NCBI GenBank assembly: GCA_913060875.1
Contig: CAJXSL010000021.1
Coordinates: 15,017 to 79,016, forward strand
Origin: an uncultured Desulfobacteraceae bacterium
GTDB lineage: Bacteria > Desulfobacterota > Desulfobacteria > Desulfobacterales > UBA5852
Direction of reading: 5' to 3'
Length of the DNA stretch: 64,000 nt
The notes below the pieces were generated by a model, which worked only from the letters and a program-made list of their open reading frames with translations, ran no database searches and was not told the DNA's origin. The translations under genes and the position numbers were made by a program. This document shows, piece after piece, positions 57,369-64,000 of the stretch; the first letter of the stretch is position 1, and each line of letters begins with the position of its first letter.

Positions 57369-58535
57369 TTACGGCAACGCTTTGCGAAGAATCTCCGGTG
57401 GTATCTGGGCCAGATACACCTTACCGTTAATAACATAGGCGGGTGTCCCCGATATATCCAATTTCATGCCGGCCCATATATCCTTTGCTAACAGCATCTG
57501 TAAATCAGTTCTTTCGCGCAGGGCTTTACGCATGCCCGACAGGTCAACGCCTGTCTGTGCGGCAAGATCTCGAAGATTTAATTCTTCCCTTTTGGAGCCT
57601 TTTTCAAATAAAAGATCATTCATTTGCCAGAATTTTCCCTGCTCATTGGCGTAAAGCGCCAGGATGGCCATTTGACCTGACCCTGTGTGAAAAGGCTCCT
57701 TCACAAGAGGATTGATGGCATGGTCCATTGGAAAATGTCGGTGCACGATACGGATACGTTCGGGATAACGGGCAACAAGCTTACGTAAATAGCGATGCAT
57801 CTTGCGGCATTGAAAACAGAGGTAATCCGTATATTCCGTTATTTCCAGCTCCGGACTCGATGCCCCGATCCAGGGATGCCCGTCATCGGTAATGCCGGTC
57901 GTCAGGGTCCCTATGGGCATTTCGTCACTATACTGCCAGTACGAAGGGAAGGCGACAATCGCCAGAAGCGATACCGATATGATAAAGACGCCACTCCAGC
58001 GCGTTATTGAATTGCACCACAACATGAGGAGGTCTTGCTTTAGCCCATTAAAAAATGAGGGGAGATAGAATCGTTTGCGAATGATCCAGATGTAAAACAA
58101 CAATAGCAGGTTTATGCCGTAGCTCAGGATGCACATAATACAATAGCTGTGGACATAATAGGTGGAAATGAATGCCAGAAGGACGCTATAGAGGCTGAAC
58201 AATACCGCGATCAATTGAAGAAGCGCCCAGCCGTTTTTTTCCCGGTGCCAATCCCCCTTTGCTTTGACGAGTAACAGTGAAAAGACCAGGTATCCCAGAA
58301 CGCCCCATACAGGCACCGGAACTCCTAATAAAATTGAAAATGGGCTTTGGGAAACCGTGTCGCAATTAATGGACTTACTGATGGCGCAAAAACTGCTGTA
58401 ACCGATATCGGCATATACCCTGTAATGGGATATGGACAGATAAACGGAGTCAGCCACCCCACATAGCGATAAGATGAAAGCCGGCCAGAAATAGACTGGA
58501 AATGGATATGCCTTGATTTCTTTTTTTGGATGCAA
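57369..58535 (-). CDS. vitamin K epoxide reductase (VKOR) domain fused to a DsbA-like thioredoxin domain
   Basis: N-terminal part: 5 TM segments with loop cysteines (SFCAISKSINCD) and CIMC in a TM helix. C-terminal part: periplasmic domain with YLCFQC (CxxC) and ..GTPAYVINGK. Confidence 0.8.
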   Translation of the reverse strand: MHPKKEIKAYPFPVYFWPAFILSLCGVADSVYLSISHYRVYADIGYSSFCAISKSINCDTVSQSPFSILLGVPVPVWGVLGYLVFSLLLVKAKGDWHREKNGWALLQLIAVLFSLYSVLLAFISTYYVHSYCIMCILSYGINLLLLFYIWIIRKRFYLPSFFNGLKQDLLMLWCNSITRWSGVFIISVSLLAIVAFPSYWQYSDEMPIGTLTTGITDDGHPWIGASSPELEITEYTDYLCFQCRKMHRYLRKLVARYPERIRIVHRHFPMDHAINPLVKEPFHTGSGQMAILALYANEQGKFWQMNDLLFEKGSKREELNLRDLAAQTGVDLSGMRKALRERTDLQMLLAKDIWAGMKLDISGTPAYVINGKVYLAQIPPEILRKALP

Positions 58536-58568
58536 ATTCTTCTACCTTGTTAATAACAACGCTGTTTT

Positions 58569-60644
58569 TTAACGTGGTGATTGGCTCCGCCCGATTGTGT
58601 GGATATGCTCTTGAAGAATTATCCGTAATTTTTCGGTATCGCCGATTTCATTGACCGAATCATTTAATATAGCAGCGATGGCACCAATCGAAAAACGGTT
58701 AAAAATTTCATTTATGATACGGTTTGCATTTGCCTGATCACGGCGGGCTAAATGATTCTCCAGCATGCAAAGCATGACGGTCAGATCTCCGGGAGCAACC
58801 CGGTAGGCCCGCCGTAAAAACCAGTCACCCTGGTCCGGATAGTCCATTTCTGTAAGCACGACCCCCATCTGAAGGTTAGCCGCCCGACTGTCCGGCTCAA
58901 GCTGCAACAGGCGTCGTGAAATCAATAGGGATTCTTCCAACCGATGTTGCTTCAACAGAACAAACCCTTTTAAATTCAGCGCATGGATATCATCCGGGTT
59001 ATTTTCAATCAGCCAGTCCAGATGCTCGGTGGTTCTTTCAAATTGACCGGTTTCCGTGTAGGCAACGGCAATATTATAACGCGATCTGGTTGTCGCCGGC
59101 AATATCTCCAGAGCCTTCTCATAATACGCGATGGCCCTGTCAAGATCGCCTTTTTTAAAGTAGATCGTACCGATGTTGGTCAAGGCCATGACCTCAAAAT
59201 GCTTTCTGCGCGGCGGCTGCAGCGACATACTCTTTATGTAAAGGATTATGGCCTGTTCATGACTACCCGCCCGTTCGAGTTCTTTTGCCAGATTAAAGAC
59301 CGGTCGCGCCCTTCCAGGCGCCTTTCGTTGGGTATCCGACCACAAACGGCCCTCGCTCCGCCAATCCATGTTGCGGGCATAGGTCCCTGCGCATAGCAAG
59401 AACACAACCAATATTGGCAAAATCCGGAACACTGCGGCGAATTGGTGGCTCCGCAACCGCAACTTTTTTTTTAAGTCAAACCATCCGGCTGCTATCGGCA
59501 AGAAAACAAAGATCGAAGATACATAATTTCTATGTTCAAAAACCAGTTCTAAAGGGAGAATGGAGGATTCAACAACATGGTTGAGAAAGAAAAACAAAAC
59601 AGCGAAAGCCTCAAGCGGCCGTTTGCGGATCATCAAAATCCCTGCGCCGATGAGGAGTCCTACGATTAAAATGGAAGGCAATGTGGTCCAGGGATGCAAC
59701 AAACTGGTGGATACCGTGAAATCGTGCTCCAAGGAAAGTCGCTGGGGGATCGGATAAAAAACGAGGCTAATATAAAAAACCAGCACCCGCGGCTGGGTCA
59801 TCAATCGTTCCATCAGTGAAAACGGCCTCATCTCAAAAGATCGTGTCAGTGAATGGACGATATCCTTATTCGACCCGTAAAAATATACGCCGCTGAAAAC
59901 AACGACTAACAAGCTGGCCATGATAATCGTGGCACCAAATCGAGGGCTGAGCACCCGCTCTGATTTTTCCTGGAAAAAAATTATTTCAACCAAAGCTAAT
60001 GCCAGGGGAAGCATTGAGGCGTTTTCTTTGGTTCCCATAGCCAGAATAAACCCTGCTAAAACCAGTCCTCCCCACAGGACCTTGTGCTTCATTCGGGTCG
60101 CTAATCGAAATTGGATAAAAGAGGCTAATGCCGCGATATAAAACAAGGCCATCAAGCTGGCCATCCGTTGGACAATATAAGTAACAGCCTGGGTCTGCAT
60201 GGGGTTTAGGGCCCACAGCAGGCTGGTCCCAAGTGCAATTGAATAGATATGCGCACGATGGCGCGCGGGGAAACGAGGTGTGGTTCCTATCAAAAGAATG
60301 ACCCGATAAACCAGCCAGGCATTAAGGATATGGATAACCAGGTTGATCAGATGAAACCCGGTGACATTGTCACCATGTAAAAACCAGTTGAGAGCAAAAG
60401 ACAAGTTGGCCACAGGCCGTGACAGGTTGTTGCCATAGAGTTGGTCAATGCCGACGGCCCGTAACAGAGATTCCCCGTTCCAAGCCGTCATCTGTATGGC
60501 AGGATTGTTGAGGATGTTGGGGTAATCGTCCATGTGCCAGGACGCATGAAAAGTGTTGCCATACGCCGCCAGCAAAAACAGGAGTATCGTCAGCAAGGCT
60601 GCCGCGTGTCTGCTTTTCGTTAAGGAAAATATCGGATCAATCAT
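58569..60644 (-). CDS. TMTC-like GT-C membrane protein with C-terminal TPR repeats (paralog 1)
   Basis: 691 aa. It has ..WHMDDYPNILNNP.., ..FHLINLVIHILNAWLVY.. and ..NPMQTQAVTYIVQRMASL.. About 10 TM segments are followed by TPR repeats. Confidence 0.7.
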   Translation of the reverse strand: MIDPIFSLTKSRHAAALLTILLFLLAAYGNTFHASWHMDDYPNILNNPAIQMTAWNGESLLRAVGIDQLYGNNLSRPVANLSFALNWFLHGDNVTGFHLINLVIHILNAWLVYRVILLIGTTPRFPARHRAHIYSIALGTSLLWALNPMQTQAVTYIVQRMASLMALFYIAALASFIQFRLATRMKHKVLWGGLVLAGFILAMGTKENASMLPLALALVEIIFFQEKSERVLSPRFGATIIMASLLVVVFSGVYFYGSNKDIVHSLTRSFEMRPFSLMERLMTQPRVLVFYISLVFYPIPQRLSLEHDFTVSTSLLHPWTTLPSILIVGLLIGAGILMIRKRPLEAFAVLFFFLNHVVESSILPLELVFEHRNYVSSIFVFLPIAAGWFDLKKKLRLRSHQFAAVFRILPILVVFLLCAGTYARNMDWRSEGRLWSDTQRKAPGRARPVFNLAKELERAGSHEQAIILYIKSMSLQPPRRKHFEVMALTNIGTIYFKKGDLDRAIAYYEKALEILPATTRSRYNIAVAYTETGQFERTTEHLDWLIENNPDDIHALNLKGFVLLKQHRLEESLLISRRLLQLEPDSRAANLQMGVVLTEMDYPDQGDWFLRRAYRVAPGDLTVMLCMLENHLARRDQANANRIINEIFNRFSIGAIAAILNDSVNEIGDTEKLRIILQEHIHTIGRSQSPR

Positions 60645-60673
60645 AGCGTCACTTTTGCCGTATCATCCAGACT

Positions 60674-62761
60674 TCACGGGGAGATCAAATGTTCTATTCG
60701 GGCACCTGCTAGATGGCCCGCGACAAATGGGCGGACAATGCTCATATCATAAAGAGGTGTGTCTTTCACGGAACTGGTGAATAACCCTGCAAGGATGCCC
60801 AAAGGAATTTGATAAATGAGTTCCCGCACGTAATCGTCCGCCGTTGATAGCTGACCGGATTTCAAACTCAGGTCGATCAAGCACAGTCGCGGTTTCAAAT
60901 TCCTCGGATCCAATCGTTTCGCCTTCTCGAGCGTGACGGCTGCCTCTGTCATCTCACCCACCCGAATCAGGGTCACACCCAGGTTCAGCAACGTATTCAC
61001 ATCATCCGGTTTCTGCGCTATCGATTGTTCAAACAGTTCTTGCGCTTCTTGCGGAAAACCCATCTGCAGCCGGATCAGGCCTGCCACATTCAGGTAATAT
61101 GGGTGGGATGGATTATGGTCCAATAGAGTTTGAGAGTGCGGCAACGCTTGTTTATATTTTCCCTCGGATATTAAAGCGGCAATCAAGTTGTAACGCGCAA
61201 TTTCATGCTCAGGAAAAACTTCAAGGGCACGGTCAAAATGTTCAATGGCGGGCCCTGTTTGCTGCCACTTTCGCAATAGCGTGCCCATGTTGGTCAGGGC
61301 GAGAGCGCGTGCACGCTGGGGGGAGGGGTCGTATAAACCCAGGGAATGTTTGTAGAGTTTGAAGGCCAATGGCAAATTGTGATGCGCTTCATAATAGGCG
61401 GCAAGCTGCAAGTAGGGTCGCGCCGTGTTTGGGGTCTTAACCAGGGTATCCTCCCAGAAAAGACGTTTGTTGCCCCACACCCGATTACGGCTGTAGGTGG
61501 CCGCGCCAAGGGCCACAATGACCATCACCGTCATCACCACGAGCAGGCCTTTTCGTAAACCTGCGCGGTCCTGGAAGGCCTCGATAGCATTTCTAAGAAC
61601 GGTTGCCACCGGAACGAATAAAAACATGGTCGGCAGGTAATTGCGATGCTCAAAAACCAGTTCTAACGGAATAATGGTTGATTCAACCACATGGTTGGCG
61701 ACAAAAAACAAAATCGCCAGTGCCACATAACGGTGTCGTCTTATGGCGGCCAGGCCGATACCGATCATCGCTCCGATGCTGATCAGGGATGGGATGGTGG
61801 TCCAGGGTTCGAAAAGAGAGGTTGATACTTGGAACTCGTGCACAAGAGAAAATCGCCCCGGTAAAGGCCACAATATCTGGGACAGATAAAATAGGACAAC
61901 CCGGGGCTGGGTCAGGAGTCTCTCCGAAAGGGTGAAGGGTCGCCCTTGGTAGGCACGCTCCAAATAATCGATGGGATTGCCTTTCCATATCCATAGAAAA
62001 GAAATGCAACCAAACAGCAAGACCGCGCCGACGCCGAGTGTCAACCGCACAATCCGCTTCCGAACGCCGGGCGTCTCCAAATCCTGAAAAAAAAGGATTT
62101 CAACAAGTAGGAGTGATGCCGGCAGTAAGGCCGTGTTTAATTTGGAGCCTAACGCCAGGGCGTAGCAAAGAGCACAACCAGCGAAAAAAACGATCCGGCG
62201 TCGGTGATTTGTTGGCTGGCGGCCGACAATGTATAAATAGACGGCCGTAATAAAGAAAAGAGCGGCCAGTGATGTGGATCGCTGCACAATGTATGTCACA
62301 GCCTGCGTCTGTAAGGGATGTAACGCCCACAAAACCGTGGCAACCAGGGCAATAAACTGTGCCCTTTCATCGTCGCGGCATGATTTGGGTGGGCTTCGGA
62401 GGAGAGCCTTCAGGGTAAGATAGAGAACCAGGGCCGACAAAAAATGAATCAACAGATTCACGGCATGGTAGCCAGCGACATCATTTCCATAAAAAAACCA
62501 GTTCAGCCCGAATGAAATCATGGCCACGGGCCGGTGGAGGATGCCGCTACTGCCGGGTTGGTTCGCGTGGTAGTAGGCACTTTTTAATATTTCAGTCGGC
62601 GAAAGATCGGCGATATGAATGGCCGTATTGTTGACGATGCGCAGAAAATCATCAAAATACCAAGGCACATGGAAAGTGTTGGCATAACAGGCGGCAACCA
62701 ATCCTAATATCAAAAGCGGTACCAGGTCGGTTCGTTCTGATCCTTTGATCTCGGACGGCAT
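60674..62761 (-). CDS. TMTC-like GT-C membrane protein with C-terminal TPR repeats (paralog 2)
   Basis: 695 aa. It is collinear with 58569-60644 (..WYFDDFLRIVNNT.., YHAVNLLIHFLSALVLY, HPLQTQAVTYIVQRSTSL, LELVFEHRNY). Confidence 0.7.
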   Translation of the reverse strand: MPSEIKGSERTDLVPLLILGLVAACYANTFHVPWYFDDFLRIVNNTAIHIADLSPTEILKSAYYHANQPGSSGILHRPVAMISFGLNWFFYGNDVAGYHAVNLLIHFLSALVLYLTLKALLRSPPKSCRDDERAQFIALVATVLWALHPLQTQAVTYIVQRSTSLAALFFITAVYLYIVGRQPTNHRRRIVFFAGCALCYALALGSKLNTALLPASLLLVEILFFQDLETPGVRKRIVRLTLGVGAVLLFGCISFLWIWKGNPIDYLERAYQGRPFTLSERLLTQPRVVLFYLSQILWPLPGRFSLVHEFQVSTSLFEPWTTIPSLISIGAMIGIGLAAIRRHRYVALAILFFVANHVVESTIIPLELVFEHRNYLPTMFLFVPVATVLRNAIEAFQDRAGLRKGLLVVMTVMVIVALGAATYSRNRVWGNKRLFWEDTLVKTPNTARPYLQLAAYYEAHHNLPLAFKLYKHSLGLYDPSPQRARALALTNMGTLLRKWQQTGPAIEHFDRALEVFPEHEIARYNLIAALISEGKYKQALPHSQTLLDHNPSHPYYLNVAGLIRLQMGFPQEAQELFEQSIAQKPDDVNTLLNLGVTLIRVGEMTEAAVTLEKAKRLDPRNLKPRLCLIDLSLKSGQLSTADDYVRELIYQIPLGILAGLFTSSVKDTPLYDMSIVRPFVAGHLAGARIEHLISP

Positions 62762-62963
62762 TGCAGCTCAACCTTCTTTTGCTGGATCTTTAGAAGAGGA
62801 TAGTTTTTAAATAGAGCGTTCGGCCACCAGCACAAACAGAATAATCTATTATCAGGGAAGGTTGAAAGGTCAAGCTCTTTTGATGTCAGGCCGTGCGGAT
62901 TGTCCTCGATGGACCATGATCGATAATTGAACGCGGCTAAACCATGGTATCTTTCTCCATATA

Positions 62964-62996
62964 AAAAAGGGGAGGCACTAGATGCCTCCCCTTTTT
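62964..62996 (-). terminator. rho-independent terminator after pilA
   Basis: The minus strand reads aaaaaggggaggca-tctag-tgcctcccc, followed by tttttt. Confidence 0.8.
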
Positions 62997-63025
62997 CGTA
63001 TTAATTATGTCAGGATCCTGGATGG

Positions 63026-63412
63026 TTACTGCATGGTAATCGTGTAGACACCTCCGGACCAGCGACTGTCACCAGCCTGGTAGTCGGCCGGGCAGCGATT
63101 GCTGCCGTCGGTGACGGCAACCGTAATAGCGTTGATGCTGCCGCTGATGGCCCCGCTGTTGCCTGCGGAAACTTCAATGTTAATCGCAGCTGGGGATGCC
63201 GGGACAGAATTGTTCCCAGGAATGGAGTAGTAGTCCGCCAGACCGGCCATAATGGCTTGAGCATCGGATTCGGCAGCCGAACAGAATGCCTTGTTACGGT
63301 AAGCAATGAAGTTGGGAATAGCGATCGCCGCCAGGATACCGATAATGGCGATGACGATCATGAGCTCGATCAGGGTGAAACCTTCTTTGTTGCTTCTCAG
63401 TTTCTGCAGCAT
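63026..63412 (-). CDS. pilA: type IV pilin (prepilin with N-terminal methylation motif)
   Basis: [35 protein letters not shown]. 128 aa. Two Cys (C44, C107). RBS agaggagg. Confidence 0.9.
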   Translation of the reverse strand: MLQKLRSNKEGFTLIELMIVIAIIGILAAIAIPNFIAYRNKAFCSAAESDAQAIMAGLADYYSIPGNNSVPASPAAINIEVSAGNSGAISGSINAITVAVTDGSNRCPADYQAGDSRWSGGVYTITMQ

Positions 63413-63539
63413 GGTTAATCCTCCTCTTAAGGTGTTAAAAAAATATTGAAATTGGGTTGACGAATGTTAGCTGCCGCCGGATGTCATTGGGCGCTTTCCG
63501 TCGCGCCGAGTACGACCTCATTCGTTGGCTTAAAGATCA

Positions 63540-63555
63540 AGCAATGAGCATGCCA
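63540..63555 (-). promoter_or_regulatory. sigma-54 (-24/-12) promoter for pilA
   Basis: The minus strand reads TGGCAT-GCTCA-TTGCT (GG-N10-GC), about 128 nt upstream of the pilA ATG. The adjacent gene is a PilR-like enhancer-binding protein. Confidence 0.7.
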
Positions 63556-63660
63556 GAATTCAAATCCCCACACACATTAAATTCATATGCCAGTATTTAT
63601 TGTAAAATTCTTCCAGAATCCCTGGAGGGCGAATTCCGACTCAGCCCATGAGGATCAAGT

Positions 63661-63681
63661 CTCTGACACAATTTGTCAGAG
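63661..63681. promoter_or_regulatory. palindrome CTCTGACA-caatt-TGTCAGAG, candidate enhancer-binding (PilR) site
   Basis: Perfect 8-bp arms, about 110 bp upstream of the -24 element. It contains TGTC/GACA cores. Confidence 0.4.
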
Positions 63682-63767
63682 CCTTGACATTTTTTGGCAG
63701 GGTGTAACGGTCTGTGCACCAAGGGGATACTTTTTTACAATAGGGAATGCTTATTTTGTTGCCCCCC

Positions 63768-64000
63768 CTATTTGTCGTCCGCCATCTTTCCCAGGCGGTG
63801 CCGGAAGGATCGGAAGGTGATGCCCAGCAATTCGGCTGCGCGGTTCTTGTTGCCATCGGAAAAGACCAGCGCCTTTTTGAGGTAGGCGTATTCGATTTCC
63901 CGCAGAACGACGTCCAGAGCCACGCCTTTGGCCACATCGTCCAAGTCGTAGCGCTTGCCTTCCACCCCTTCGATCCAGCGGCGCTTGTGCACCGAAAGCG
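63768..64000 (-). CDS. sigma-54-dependent Fis-family response regulator, C-terminal part (PilR-like; 5' end outside window)
   Basis: The frame is open to the window edge. The C-terminal Fis-type HTH reads ..ALVFSDGNKNRAAELLGITFRSFRHRLGKM. Confidence 0.75.
   Translation of the reverse strand, partial: LSVHKRRWIEGVEGKRYDLDDVAKGVALDVVLREIEYAYLKKALVFSDGNKNRAAELLGITFRSFRHRLGKMADDK

Overview
This is a 64-kb chromosomal window. It is GC-rich except for two visibly AT-richer accessory blocks. Gene content suggests an anaerobic deltaproteobacterium-like (Desulfobacterota-type) organism, but that is inference only.

Layout:
(1) 1-13.3 kb: a PEP-CTERM/exosortase-type exopolysaccharide locus. It holds a GT2 fragment, an exosortase-EpsI fusion, a WecA/MraY-like initiating transferase, a PrsT-like TPR lipoprotein, a Wza-like export protein, an outer-membrane barrel candidate, a Wzz-like chain-length determinant and an EpsG-like P-loop kinase.
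(2) 14-18.3 kb: small genes (DUF360 membrane protein, J-domain protein, glycine-zipper lipoprotein, RNase HI, PlsC).
(3) 19.1-22.3 kb: a degraded AT-richer islet abutting tRNA-Arg(ACG). It holds a thermonuclease fragment, a membrane SpoIIE/PP2C phosphatase and an SRAP 5' fragment.
(4) 22.6-49 kb: housekeeping genes (tadA, purA, tRNA-Pro, PAS-LuxR regulator, amidohydrolase, DppA-like peptidase, threonine aldolase, M48 protease, acyltransferase/hydrolase fusion, NIL-ferredoxin, mnmA, mtaB, cyclophilin, MerR regulator, acyl-CoA dehydrogenase, MBL hydrolase, djlA, tRNA-Leu, ribF, def, fmt, rsmB, rpe, rhodanese).
(5) 49.3-62.8 kb: an AT-rich block of ten same-strand genes that looks like a lipid-carrier-dependent periplasmic glycosylation toolkit. 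It holds two GtrB/Dpm1-like GT2s, three GT-C enzymes (including a tandem pair of TMTC-like TPR proteins), two UPF0104 flippase-like proteins, an epimerase, a sulfotransferase and a VKOR-DsbA fusion.
(6) 63.0-64.0 kb: a type IV pilin gene with a sigma-54 promoter, and the 3' end of a PilR-like activator.

The most unusual signal is non-genic. Between about 1.4 and 26.5 kb, almost every gene junction is occupied by members of a repeat family. Each member has inverted arrays of a short tandem repeat: mostly the heptamer CAAAGCT and its complement, once an octamer, once TTGGAGGT-like. The arms can fold into very long hairpins that enclose, or once enclosed, a four-helix-bundle ('23S rRNA intervening-sequence protein'-type) ORF. 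One intact, one TAG-interrupted, one start-lost, one frameshifted, two internally deleted and several ORF-less copies are present. Repeat sequence has also been incorporated into two protein-coding genes.
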